Shown in pieces: positions 29,850-39,569 of a stretch of 64,000 bases of DNA. Position 1 is the stretch's first letter. The number at the start of each line of letters is the position of its first letter. The notes beneath the pieces are model-generated. The model worked only from the letters and a program-made list of their open reading frames with translations. It did not search any database and was not told where the DNA came from. The position numbers and the translations under genes are program-made. The stretch comes from Candidatus Latescibacterota bacterium (GTDB lineage Bacteria > Latescibacterota > UBA2968 > GCA-2709665): contig OZ242358.1 of assembly GCA_965208835.1 (NCBI GenBank), forward strand, positions 1,888,001-1,952,000. The letters are read 5' to 3'.

Positions 29850-29933
29850 AAAACCTCCTGATTGCGCGTCGAAGCAAGTTCGCGGGAATGTGCGAGTCTT
29901 GCTGACATCGCGCGACGAACGAACAACACTCCA

Positions 29934-30974
29934 ATGAATCCAATGGCGGAAGTACCGGTACAACCCGTAGACACTGCCGTAATCGGACCCGGCAGAATGG
30001 GCGGGCTCTATGCCCGAATCCTCGATCAGTCGGCACTGACGAGGCTGGTGGCCGTATGCGGCGAGGGGGATGTCACCGCCCGAAACGTGGCGATGGCGTT
30101 GGATGTGCCGTTCTATACCGGCGCCCGTTACTGCGACATGCTCGCCGACCACCCGCAGATTGAAGCGGTCGTCGTTGCCACGTCGGAGTGGGCGCACGCC
30201 GGCCCGGTTGGCGCCTGCCTGGAATCCGGGAAGCATGTCCTGGTTGAAAAGCCGATGGCGACGTCTCCTTCAGACGCGGTCCGGATGGTTCGCGAGGCGG
30301 ACCGGGCCGGCGTGCATCTCATGGTATGTCACAGCCTGCGTTTCGACCCCCGTTTCGCCTCGATGCGGCAGGCCGTCGCCCGCGGGGACATCGGCGAGGT
30401 CCTCCACACGTACAGCCGCAGGACATCGCAGCCCGAAGCCGCGGACAGGGTACTCGGCCGTTTTCCCCTGGCATACTGGTTGCTCCCCCACGACATCGAT
30501 CTGGCGCTGTGGACGTCCGGAAGCGCGGTCGATCGGGTCAGGGCCTACGCCCGGTCCGGTGGCAGCCGCCGGCAGGATCTCATCGTCGTCGTGCTGACCT
30601 TCGAATGCGGTGCGCTCGCGGTCCTCGAAAACGTATGGGGTTCGCCGACACGGTCAGGACGGCCGCAGAACCAGCTGTTCACCATACGCGGCACGACCGG
30701 TGCGGTGGAGGTGCTTCCGTACGAAACCGGCGTTGCTGTTTACCGCGGCGCCGATGTCGCGTATCCGGACACATCCGTCGCGCCGGATGTCCACGGCCAG
30801 ACGGTGGGCATGTCGCGCTCGCTGATCCGTCACTTCGCGGGCGTGGTTCGCGACCTGTGGAAGCCGCTGATCACGCCGGGGGACGGGCTGGCGGTGGTTC
30901 AAGTGGCATCCGCCGTCGACGCGTCACTGAAGCAGGGCCGCGAAATCACCATGTCAACGATGAGGGACGTATGA
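29934..30974 (+). CDS. Gfo/Idh/MocA family oxidoreductase
   Basis: VIGPGRMG, KHVLVEKPMA, HDID; start 29934 or 29943. Confidence 0.88.
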   Translation: MNPMAEVPVQPVDTAVIGPGRMGGLYARILDQSALTRLVAVCGEGDVTARNVAMALDVPFYTGARYCDMLADHPQIEAVVVATSEWAHAGPVGACLESGKHVLVEKPMATSPSDAVRMVREADRAGVHLMVCHSLRFDPRFASMRQAVARGDIGEVLHTYSRRTSQPEAADRVLGRFPLAYWLLPHDIDLALWTSGSAVDRVRAYARSGGSRRQDLIVVVLTFECGALAVLENVWGSPTRSGRPQNQLFTIRGTTGAVEVLPYETGVAVYRGADVAYPDTSVAPDVHGQTVGMSRSLIRHFAGVVRDLWKPLITPGDGLAVVQVASAVDASLKQGREITMSTMRDV

Positions 30975-31354
30975 TCCGATCGATCGAGCATATCGCGATT
31001 GCAGCTGCCGATTCCGGAACGCTCGCCAGGTGGTACTGCGACATCCTCGGCTTTGAGATGATCCTTGAAAACGAAGATAGCCGGACGTATTTCGTGCGCC
31101 TGCCGGGAGGAGGTATTCTGGAATTCCTGCCGTCAAACGACCGGGCGCCCGTGGTCTGCGCCGCCGACGACGCGGGCATACGGCACATCGCGCTGAAGGT
31201 GGATGACTTCGATTCGGCGTGCAGGACGCTGGAAGAACGCGGCGCCGCATTTGTGGGGCCGTATCGGGAGACGCCCGCAGGGACGCGATTCAACTTCGTT
31301 GCGGATCCGGAAGGCAATCTGCTGCAGATTGTCTACCGGCCGGAGCCATTATGA
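30971..31354 (+). CDS. VOC/glyoxalase family protein
   Basis: IEHIAI, WYCDILG, LEF, RHIAL, DPEGNLLQI; ATGA overlap with the upstream gene. Confidence 0.88.
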   Translation: MIRSIEHIAIAAADSGTLARWYCDILGFEMILENEDSRTYFVRLPGGGILEFLPSNDRAPVVCAADDAGIRHIALKVDDFDSACRTLEERGAAFVGPYRETPAGTRFNFVADPEGNLLQIVYRPEPL

Positions 31355-31411
31355 CCCGAGGTCTCCCCCTATTCGCGGAGGTGCCTGATCCACAGCGGGG
31401 CCGACGTCGCT

Positions 31412-32488
31412 CTACCGCTGGTATCTCGGCTCCCGCGGCGGCCTGTCTCTCTGCAGGCGGTACCCGCTGCCGCTGATTGGCAGCGTCACCCTTGCCCCGC
31501 CCAGGACGTGCGACTCGACAAACGCAAAGATGAGCTCGGTATTGGCGCGCGCGATCCTGACGCCGCCGCGCGGCGGTTCTCCGGTGTCCAGCGACCGGAC
31601 GAGGTCTTCGATCAGCCTGACGGTTGAGCTGGCCCGCTCGAATGCCGGGAATTCCCCCGGCACCAGCACGGACCGGCCGCGATGGTCCCGGGCGCCGTGT
31701 TCGCGCACGTGCCACTCGTTGCCGTTTCGCATGCCCGTGACCACGCCCGCGTCGCCCACCGCCTCCACTTCCATGCCCCGCCCTGAATTGAGCGCGTACG
31801 CGGTGACGCCGTTCTCAAACTGCAGGATCCCGTGTCCGACCGGGTCCTCGGTCAGGCGTTGGCCGTCGATAATCCGGTCTCCGTTCGGAAGATGGGCCTG
31901 GACCCACGCGACGGGACTGTCGCTGTTGAGTCTCATCAGCAGGTCGAAGCTGTGGCTGGCGCCATTGAACAGCGGGCCGGTCTGATGCACGATCAGCGAC
32001 CGCAACCGTCCGATGCGGCCGTTGTCGATCACGTCCTTCATCGCGTCGTGTCCGGTATCCCATCGTCGGTTTGTGCCCAGATTGAAGACGGCGCCCATTC
32101 GTTCGACCGCCTCCATCATCGCGTCTGCTTCGTCGAGCGAAGAGGCCATGGCCTTTTCGCCATAGATTGCGCCGACCCCCCGTTCGGCCGCAAAGACGAC
32201 GATCTCGGCGCGATGTTCGGGCTGTGTGGCTACGCTGACGATGTCCGGTTGCTCACGTTCAATCATCTCTCTATAGTCGAAGTACTGCCTGTCTTCAGGC
32301 ACCCCGTACCGGATGCCTACCTGCTTCATCGCTTCCCCGCGTAGATCCGAACAGGCGATCAACTCCGTTCGTTCGCACGCCTCGTAACCCGCGGCGTGCG
32401 AATAGGCGCCATAGGAAGGAGGTACCTCGTTGTCAATGAAGGCGCCCATTCGGCTGCATCCGACCAGTGCGGCTTTATAGATTTTCAC
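31412..32488 (-). CDS. Gfo/Idh/MocA family oxidoreductase
   Basis: LVGCSRMG, DIVSVAT, GEKAMA, HSFD. Confidence 0.88.
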   Translation of the reverse strand: MKIYKAALVGCSRMGAFIDNEVPPSYGAYSHAAGYEACERTELIACSDLRGEAMKQVGIRYGVPEDRQYFDYREMIEREQPDIVSVATQPEHRAEIVVFAAERGVGAIYGEKAMASSLDEADAMMEAVERMGAVFNLGTNRRWDTGHDAMKDVIDNGRIGRLRSLIVHQTGPLFNGASHSFDLLMRLNSDSPVAWVQAHLPNGDRIIDGQRLTEDPVGHGILQFENGVTAYALNSGRGMEVEAVGDAGVVTGMRNGNEWHVREHGARDHRGRSVLVPGEFPAFERASSTVRLIEDLVRSLDTGEPPRGGVRIARANTELIFAFVESHVLGGARVTLPISGSGYRLQRDRPPREPRYQR

Positions 32489-32754
32489 GTATTATCCGTC
32501 CTTTCCGGACAGTTCTCGTCTGTACAATTAAGGAAACTCGCCGGCGGACCGGGCGGGAACCCGCGCTCGCCGGATGCTCTGAACACCGGCACCAGTGTGT
32601 GCTGGAGCCGGGCCGCTAATATTTGACCTGCGAACCAGGATGTCAAGGGCAAACGACTGAAAGGGACACGATATGCCGCGCGGGATCAGCCGATCGAAGA
32701 TGCGCCATATCTCTACCTGGAATCTCTTCGTCGTGCAGCCACAGTCTCAGCCCG

Positions 32755-32953
32755 TTAGCCTCAATCCAAAAAAAACAGCAACGCGGCGACGCGATAAAAC
32801 ACTCCGAAACCGGGCGTTATCGACGTAAAGAAGGACGTTTTTTCCCTTCACGTCCAGTGACCTGGTGTATCCTGGTAATCCGCCGTCTAATCGCCTTTAT
32901 TTACAAGCACAAATTCGAATTGACGTCCCCGAAGACTTACGAATCAAGGTTAG
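32755..32953 (-). mobile_element. MITE family B copy 2 (short, inverted)
   Basis: TTAG-CCTCAATC...AATCAAGG-TTAG; contains the reverse complement of the shared core; ends 14 bp before the methionine synthase II ATG. Confidence 0.72.
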
Positions 32954-32967
32954 TCCGGAGAAACGCT

Positions 32968-34047
32968 ATGTCCGAATATGCTATACCCACCGAGCCCATC
33001 GGTTCCATTCCACGCACGCAGGAACTGGTCCGCGCCGAAGAAGCGTTCCGCGAAGGCAGGATCAGTCAGGAGGAGCTTCATGCTGTCGCGGATCGGGCAA
33101 CCGCAGAAACCATACGCGGATTCGAGGAGACGGGTTCGCCCGTCATCAGCGACGGCGAGCAGCGCAAACACGGCGGTTTCGCCTTCTATTGCCTGCACGG
33201 AGCCGAAAACCTTGCTCCGGACGGCGTGGAAGTCGGGTTTTCCGATGGACATTCCAGGCAGCTGCCTCGACTGACGGAGGGTCCCTTTCGCTATACTGAA
33301 AGTGCCGACGGGTACCTCGAAACTGCATTGAAGCTGGCCCGGACTCGAGTCAAACAGGCGGTTATTTCGCCTTCGCTCCTCAGCCTGATCTACCCGGCGG
33401 ACGGTATCGAGAATTATCCGCGTGAACGATTCCTGGCGGACCTCGTTCACGAACACGTCGGCGAAGTGCGCCGGTGCCTGGACGCGGGCGCGCACAAGGT
33501 ACAGATCGACTTCACGGAAGGGCGTCTCGCCGTAAAACTGGATCCCTCCGGCGAACTCCTCAGGAGTTTTGTGGCGTTGCTGAATACCAGCCTTGAATCG
33601 TTTACGAACGACGAACGTACCAGGCTTGGGGTTCACACCTGCCCGGGAGGTGACTGGGACGCCACCCACAGTGCGGACGTCGACTACCTGGACCTGCTCC
33701 CGACCCTGTTCGAGATAGACGTAGGCAATTTCTATATCGCGATGGCCTCCGAAAAAGAACCGGGCAGGGCCCTGCAACGCATCGGGACGCTCATCCAGCC
33801 CGGTCACCGCGTCTTTGTTGGCGTAATCGATGCCATCGATCCCTGCGTGGAGTCCCCGGAAGAAGTGAGAGACCGCGTTCTGGAGGCCGCAGAATATATC
33901 CCGTCAGCCCAGCTGGGCACGACGGACGACTGTGGTTTTTCGCCCTTTGCGGATGACCTGTCCACCTCCCGCGACCTGGCGTTTGCGAAAATCCGCGCAC
34001 GGGTGGAGGGAACCCGGCTCGCGGAGGATGCGCTGGTACGCGGCTGA
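32968..34047 (+). CDS. Cobalamin-independent methionine synthase II family protein (MetE C-terminal domain only)
   Basis: PIGSIPR, SDGEQ, VQID, HTCPG and DDCGF Zn-ligand motifs; GGAG RBS. Confidence 0.88.
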   Translation: MSEYAIPTEPIGSIPRTQELVRAEEAFREGRISQEELHAVADRATAETIRGFEETGSPVISDGEQRKHGGFAFYCLHGAENLAPDGVEVGFSDGHSRQLPRLTEGPFRYTESADGYLETALKLARTRVKQAVISPSLLSLIYPADGIENYPRERFLADLVHEHVGEVRRCLDAGAHKVQIDFTEGRLAVKLDPSGELLRSFVALLNTSLESFTNDERTRLGVHTCPGGDWDATHSADVDYLDLLPTLFEIDVGNFYIAMASEKEPGRALQRIGTLIQPGHRVFVGVIDAIDPCVESPEEVRDRVLEAAEYIPSAQLGTTDDCGFSPFADDLSTSRDLAFAKIRARVEGTRLAEDALVRG

Positions 34048-34148
34048 AAGGTGAATGGACGCGGCCTTTCCATCCGCGAGGGGCGTACGAGTGCGAAATT
34101 GAATCGAACATGGGCCATCCGAACGAGCGTCATGATCCCACATTCCGC

Positions 34149-34177
34149 TTGACTTCCCTCATGATTTCGTATAGATT
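34149..34177 (+). promoter_or_regulatory. Probable sigma-70 promoter for tRNA-Val
   Basis: TTGACT-17 nt-TAGATT. Confidence 0.55.
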
Positions 34178-34309
34178 TGCGGTCCCAAAATGCCCGCCGA
34201 CAAAGCCGTGGGTGCGGACAGACACCCCGCCCATTTGCACGGTTTCAACGTGCATCGAGGGGGTTGCCTCCGGATTGCGGGTGTGCGAATTTACCGGTTG
34301 CAAATGGAT

Positions 34310-34386
34310 GGGCGATTAGCTCAGGTGGTTAGAGTGCTTGCTTGACATGCAAGAGGTCACTGGTTCGAGTCCAGTATCGCCCACCA
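34310..34386 (+). tRNA. tRNA-Val (GAC)
   Basis: Acceptor GGGCGAT/ATCGCCC, anticodon arm CTTGC-TTGACAT-GCAAG, T loop GGTTCGAGTCC, encoded CCA. Confidence 0.97.
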
Positions 34387-34404
34387 TTTTAAATATTTGA
34401 AATT

Positions 34405-34439
34405 AAAGGGCCTGCGATGAATTCATCGCAGGCCCTTTT
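34405..34439 (+). terminator. Terminator after tRNA-Val (perfect 34-bp palindrome)
   Basis: AAAGGGCCTGCGATGAA/TTCATCGCAGGCCCTTT plus T. Confidence 0.8.
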
Positions 34440-34646
34440 CGTATACGCCGATGACGACGCAATCTGGGGGGCCGGTTGAAAAACGGAAGTTGAATCCGGC
34501 ATACGCCCGAAAAAGCCGAAGCGCGGCCTGCGCACGAAACCGCGGTGGGCGATACCGCCGCCGGATGTTTTCGCTGTTGTTCTTGCATCAGCCGCCACAT
34601 TTCAGTACCATGCCGCCGGACCGCGCCACAAACCGTCAGTCCCCCC

Positions 34647-34778
34647 TGGCATCCCGTTGGATGCCTCCAACCTGTCTACGACCGGCCCTTGTTGTCGAAA
34701 TACTGCGTTGCGCCCGATCGCCGAATCGCTCGATTCGATTGTGCGCCTTGTCGTCGACCACAATGGCTCGGCCCAGAC
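34647..34778 (+). mobile_element. Degenerate MITE family A copy
   Basis: Core CCGGCCCTTG..GTCGAAATACTGCGTTGCGC..CGCCGAATCGC..GCGCCTTGTC..CACAATGGCTCGGCC is retained; ends are eroded. Confidence 0.6.
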
Positions 34779-34906
34779 CTGGACCGGCAACTGGAGAAGA
34801 TCGCGGGCACTCGCCGTCAACTCCTTATCAGACCTCCAAGCCGGTCAGGTTTCCGGGGTCTGAATTTTGTGCTGCAACCCGACCGTCCCTGCTAGGAGCG
34901 CCTGCA

Positions 34907-35722
34907 ATGAAAAGCACGAACGAAAACACACATGTATTGGAACCCGCCGAATCCGCTCCGATTGAACCCATGACGGAATACGAAAAATTCCTCTTCGACC
35001 TGAAGGGTTTTCTCGTCATACCCGGGGTACTCACGGACGATGAAGTGCAGAAGGTTCGAGAGCACCTCGAAGTCTATGTGAGTGATCCCGAAAGCCTGGT
35101 GGATCAACTGAGGGCGCCTATTGCGGGCCCCGCGGAATTTCTGATCGATCATCCCAGAGTCATGGGGATTCTGCAGGAGGTGATACATCCTGAGCGCGAT
35201 CGCATCCGTCTGGAAAGCGTCTTCGTTTCAGCCCGATCGGCCGAGACGACCGCGAATCAGTGGCAGCCCCACGTGGGCGGCACGAATCTCGATCCGTCCC
35301 TTTCCTACCGCTTCCACAACGGCCGAATCTACAGTGGCATGACACGCATCGTATGGGAACTGAACGAAGTCAGGAAAGGCCAGGGCGGCACGTGCCTCGT
35401 GCCGGGGTCTCACAAGGCCAATCTGTTTTCGGCTCAGGATGGTACCTGGCCGGAAAAGGCCGACGACCCCGACTCGGGACTCTGGGAAACCTACGGGTGT
35501 CCGCCGGGGAGTCTTGTCGTATTCTCCGAGGGGGTGCGGCATACCGGATCGGCCTGGACGAACCCGGACAATCCCCGCCGGGCCATTCTGATCGCTTACA
35601 ACTACGTGACGGTTCGGTTCCACGAACCCAAACCCTGCATGAATCCCGTGGTGATCGGTGGAATGGCCGAAGCGCGTCAGAGGTTTTTCAGGGACGTCTG
35701 GTTTCTGCCCAACAGGAGATAA
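34907..35722 (+). CDS. PhyH family Fe/2OG enzyme, HxG variant
   Basis: FDLKGFLVIPGVL, GGTCLVPGSHK, VRHTG; HVGG in place of HxD; AGGAG RBS. Confidence 0.85.
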   Translation: MKSTNENTHVLEPAESAPIEPMTEYEKFLFDLKGFLVIPGVLTDDEVQKVREHLEVYVSDPESLVDQLRAPIAGPAEFLIDHPRVMGILQEVIHPERDRIRLESVFVSARSAETTANQWQPHVGGTNLDPSLSYRFHNGRIYSGMTRIVWELNEVRKGQGGTCLVPGSHKANLFSAQDGTWPEKADDPDSGLWETYGCPPGSLVVFSEGVRHTGSAWTNPDNPRRAILIAYNYVTVRFHEPKPCMNPVVIGGMAEARQRFFRDVWFLPNRR

Positions 35723-35740
35723 CCGGCTGGTCAACCATGA

Positions 35741-35797
35741 CTCGAAACCGAAAAAGCCCGGCCAAACCAATGGCTTCGGGCTTTTTCAGTTTTCGAG
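35741..35797. terminator. Long hairpin between convergent PhyH genes (bidirectional terminator)
   Basis: CTCGAAACCGAAAAAGCCCG...CGGGCTTTTTCAGTTTTCGAG. Confidence 0.65.
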
Positions 35798-35821
35798 ATT
35801 CAATCCGGAATTCGGTCAGGG

Positions 35822-36694
35822 TCAGCCGTCCCATCGCCCGGGATCGATAGCGGTTGCATCGGTTTTCATGCCCTCGGGTTTGTGGGGCTGATTCCAGTCC
35901 AGGCCGGTTGTGTTGGGGCTCTGTAGAAAACGCTTGGTTGCCGCCGGGGCCTCCGTCACGAGTTCCGGGTCCCATTCCGGCATCGGTTGTATGGGGCCCG
36001 CCCACGCCGGCCGGTACCCAAGTTGAACCAGCGTGCGTTGGAAGTGCGATCGGTTCGGATGGGTGCCGTGGAACAGGTTGATGGGGATAACCAGCGCCGA
36101 ACCCGCGTTTACGCATAGCGTGACCTCGCCCGGGTGGTACTTGTAGCGCACGTAGGGGTTCGCTTCGGCGTGAAACGAGAGGTGGGATCGCGGTACAAGG
36201 CGGAACGGCGCCCGCTCCGGCGTCAGATCGTCAAGGTAGTACAGAACACGCAGCAGGCGCGGACAGCTGCCCTCGTAACCGAAAATGGACGATCCGAACG
36301 GCTGGCCGTCGGTGTGCAGCGAAATGGGCGGCGAACCCGAGAGCGTCCTCGTGAAGAGTCCCCGGGTGAACACGATGTCGTCGCCGAGCAGCGTTTCCAG
36401 GAACGCGATCATCGGCGGATGCGCGATCAGTTCGGCCAGGGCCCTGCTGCGCCACTGCGGCTCCAGACAAAAGGTCTGCGCGTCGCTGTAATCCTTCGTC
36501 TGCATTGGCGCATCGGCCATTTCGCGTTTGATCCGGTCCATGTGTTCCGCATCGAGGATGTCCGGAAGGACGACGTAGCCCTCCACCTCCAGGTGGCGGA
36601 TCCGTTCTCCAGATGAAAGGCTGTTGAAGTCGGTTTCGTCCAGATTCATGAAACCGATCTCTTCCTTCGGGTCGATTCGTACGTCGGCTTGCAT
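35822..36694 (-). CDS. PhyH family Fe/2OG dioxygenase
   Basis: EGYVVLPD, LHTD, YLDD, VPRSH, LFHGT; ATG 36694 with AGGAG RBS. Confidence 0.87.
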   Translation of the reverse strand: MQADVRIDPKEEIGFMNLDETDFNSLSSGERIRHLEVEGYVVLPDILDAEHMDRIKREMADAPMQTKDYSDAQTFCLEPQWRSRALAELIAHPPMIAFLETLLGDDIVFTRGLFTRTLSGSPPISLHTDGQPFGSSIFGYEGSCPRLLRVLYYLDDLTPERAPFRLVPRSHLSFHAEANPYVRYKYHPGEVTLCVNAGSALVIPINLFHGTHPNRSHFQRTLVQLGYRPAWAGPIQPMPEWDPELVTEAPAATKRFLQSPNTTGLDWNQPHKPEGMKTDATAIDPGRWDG

Positions 36695-36886
36695 TGTGGT
36701 TCTCCTTTTTCCGGCCGCCGCCGTGGCCGCGAGATCCCGTGCGGAAAGTCTACACTTCCGAATCAAGGACCTCTCTGAGTAGAACGATGCACGGGAGAAG
36801 AGATCCGGTTCCGGCACCAGGAACCCGGCGAAGGGTTTCTTTCCGCGTTCGTCATCCAAAGATAACTACAGCGATTGGATTGGGCA

Positions 36887-39553
36887 ATGGATGGATTGGG
36901 TGTGTTGGTCGGCATTCTTGTCCTTTGCTGGTTCCTGCCCGGCAGGTGCGCGGCCGCCGGAGTCGCGCGGCCCGTCTTCAGCGTGTCGCAATCGGCCGAA
37001 TCCCTCAAAAAACTGGAGCGGACCGTCGCGCCGCTCATGGCGATGTCGGAAGACGAACTCATTGCCCTGGTTCCGGATCGTACCGGATTCCGGTACGTCG
37101 CCTGCGCCGGTTGCTCTATGGGCGTCAGAGAACGGCAACTCGACTGGTCGATCGATGACCCGTTTCGAGTGCGGTGCCGCCATTGCGCAACCGTTTATCC
37201 CGGGCGCGAGTTTGCGGAGAACAGGACCCTGCGCCTGTTGAATCCACTGGGTGACGAAGTCGAATATCCGTTTTACGAGGATGGGTCGGGAAGACGATAT
37301 TTCTTCCGTGCCAGGGCATGGTGGTGCGCGAGGTTCTATCTTGCGGACCGTGCGCGGGATCTCGGTCAGCTGTACCAGTTGACGGGCCAGCGACAATTCG
37401 CCCGTCGGTCGGCGTTGATTCTGGACGCGTTTGCGCGATATTATCCGGGGTTTCTCGTTTGGGCGGATGTGGCGAACTCGGCAAAGCGGGTGTGTATGAA
37501 TCCGCCCTTTCCACGCCGCGGCGGGAAGTGGGGGGATTGGCGTTACGCCGAAATTCCGACCGAACTGATCTACGCGTACGATTCAATCCGTGCAAGCGGC
37601 GAACTGGAGCGACTCCCGGAAGAACGAGGCGAGGATGCCTGCCGCCGCATCGAGGACGGGTTTTTCCGGGGAGGAATCCGGCAGGACGCCTTCCACGGGC
37701 TTCTGTACACCAATGCCAGCCCTGAGACCTACGAGGGATATGCGGTGGCCGGCCGTGTGTTGGGGGAGCCGGCGCTGGTTCACCGCGCGGTGCGATGCGC
37801 TCACGGCCTGTTCAGACGATTCTCGGCGGACGGATTCTGGTGTCAGGTCTCCCCGGGTTATCATCGATATACACTGACAGGCCTGCTGCGCGTGCTTGAC
37901 GCCCTGGCCGGATATTCCGATCCCCCGGGTTATCTGGATCCGGAAGACGGCAGGCGCTTCGACGAACTGGATCCGGTTCGCGAATTCGCCGACGTGGAAC
38001 GTTGCACGAGGGTTCTCGAGCGATTCAGGTACCCGGACGGGAGGCCGATACCCGTACACGATTCCTGGGCAGGGTTTGAGGACCTGAAGCCCAGGGTTCG
38101 TTCGCGCTCAGCGCTGTTCGCCGGCATGGGGCATGCTTGGCTCGGGTTGGGTAGGAAAAACCGACAGGCGCAGGTACACCTTCACTTTTCGGAAGGCGGC
38201 CACGGACACGATCACGCGGACATGCTGAACGTGATGCTTTACGCGTTTGGAGAGGAGTTGCTGTCTGACTTGGGTTATACGCATACCCGGTACAGACCGT
38301 GGACCGTGAGTACCCTGGCGCACAATACGGTGGTCCTCGACGAGCAGGAACAGTACACGAGAGGAAATAGAGGACCGTCTCGTGGCAGCCTCCTGGCGTT
38401 CGAGACAACGCACGATACGGTACAGTGGATGGAAGCGAGTGGCCAGCGCGCGTACCCCGGGCTGGCGCGGAATTACCGGAGAATGGTCATGCTGGCCGAC
38501 GCCGGCGAAGGGAATACGTACTCTCTGGATATTTTCCGTGTGCAGGGAGGGACACGGCACGACTGGACGCTGCACGGGAGCGCTGACCGCGACGGATGGA
38601 TGAGCCTTGATGTCCCGCTGGAGCCCGCCGGACGAGATCTATTGAACGGAGTCTCGGTACGGCTTCCCGGATTTGAAGGGGACCGGGGGGACGCCGAAGG
38701 ACGAAACATAGCCTACGGATTCGTACAGAATGTATCCCGTGCTCGTGTTGAAGCCGGTCTGAGACTGAAACTCGGCCTCAGGGACGTGCGTACCGGTTTG
38801 CGGTGTCATCTCCCGGGACTGTCAGAGGCCGACGTGTTTCTGGGCGACGCGCCATCGGTGCGGCGAACCGACGAGAACGAGGACGAACTGGACCGGTACA
38901 GGATGCCCGTTTTCCTGGCCCGGCGCCAGGGGCCGGCGCCTCTTTCAAGCGTCTTTGCCGCGGTCTACGAGCCCTTCGAGGGATCGCCGTTCATTGAGTC
39001 CGTCCGCCAGGTGTACGCCGATGATGATTCGATCGCAGTGGAAGTGAGACGTGAAGGAATCGTGGACCATATCGTCCATCGTACGGCTTGGCGCGTGGAA
39101 CCGCTGGTGGTGGGAAACCTCAGCCTGAGAGGAGAGTTCGGGTTCGTGCGGGAACGGGACGGCGACCCCGCGTTCATGGGGCTGTGGGGAGGGGACGAGT
39201 TGAGATGGAAAGATGAGGTGGTTTCGTGCGACGGTACTTGTGACCTGAGGGTTGTGGGTGTTCTCAGAAAGGCCCACGGAGACCCGCTTGACGGGCTGGA
39301 AGTGACCGGTGACATTGCCGAGCGCACCGGGGTTGAGGGAACGACGGCAATCGTACGATTCGGAGACGGTTCGACGACGGGATGCGTCGTCAGACGGGTG
39401 ATCCCTGATTCACGCGGACTCACGCTGGAAACTGCGCAGGATCCGGGATTCTCCATTGAGAACGGAGGAATGCGCCACCAATACTTTCCACTGCGTTCGA
39501 TTTCGGGGCCTGTGAGCTGTCGCATCCGTAACTCGAAGTTTGTGTGTTTGTAG
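36887..39553 (+). CDS. Heparinase II/III family polysaccharide lyase-like protein, secreted
   Basis: Signal peptide, SPGYH, GHDHADML, DLGY, STLAHNTVVLD; N-terminal CxxC...CxxC pair. Confidence 0.82.
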   Translation: MDGLGVLVGILVLCWFLPGRCAAAGVARPVFSVSQSAESLKKLERTVAPLMAMSEDELIALVPDRTGFRYVACAGCSMGVRERQLDWSIDDPFRVRCRHCATVYPGREFAENRTLRLLNPLGDEVEYPFYEDGSGRRYFFRARAWWCARFYLADRARDLGQLYQLTGQRQFARRSALILDAFARYYPGFLVWADVANSAKRVCMNPPFPRRGGKWGDWRYAEIPTELIYAYDSIRASGELERLPEERGEDACRRIEDGFFRGGIRQDAFHGLLYTNASPETYEGYAVAGRVLGEPALVHRAVRCAHGLFRRFSADGFWCQVSPGYHRYTLTGLLRVLDALAGYSDPPGYLDPEDGRRFDELDPVREFADVERCTRVLERFRYPDGRPIPVHDSWAGFEDLKPRVRSRSALFAGMGHAWLGLGRKNRQAQVHLHFSEGGHGHDHADMLNVMLYAFGEELLSDLGYTHTRYRPWTVSTLAHNTVVLDEQEQYTRGNRGPSRGSLLAFETTHDTVQWMEASGQRAYPGLARNYRRMVMLADAGEGNTYSLDIFRVQGGTRHDWTLHGSADRDGWMSLDVPLEPAGRDLLNGVSVRLPGFEGDRGDAEGRNIAYGFVQNVSRARVEAGLRLKLGLRDVRTGLRCHLPGLSEADVFLGDAPSVRRTDENEDELDRYRMPVFLARRQGPAPLSSVFAAVYEPFEGSPFIESVRQVYADDDSIAVEVRREGIVDHIVHRTAWRVEPLVVGNLSLRGEFGFVRERDGDPAFMGLWGGDELRWKDEVVSCDGTCDLRVVGVLRKAHGDPLDGLEVTGDIAERTGVEGTTAIVRFGDGSTTGCVVRRVIPDSRGLTLETAQDPGFSIENGGMRHQYFPLRSISGPVSCRIRNSKFVCL

Positions 39554-39569
39554 GTGCGCAACCGGAGGA

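Noticed and set aside
32490-32967. SAM or cobalamin riboswitch upstream of the methionine synthase II gene
   Set aside because: No recognisable conserved riboswitch core; much of the region is a family-B MITE. An Rfam scan would be decisive
34310-34440. tRNA-Val or tRNA-Phe as integration site of a genomic island
   Set aside because: No integrase and no duplicated tRNA 3' end noticed in the window
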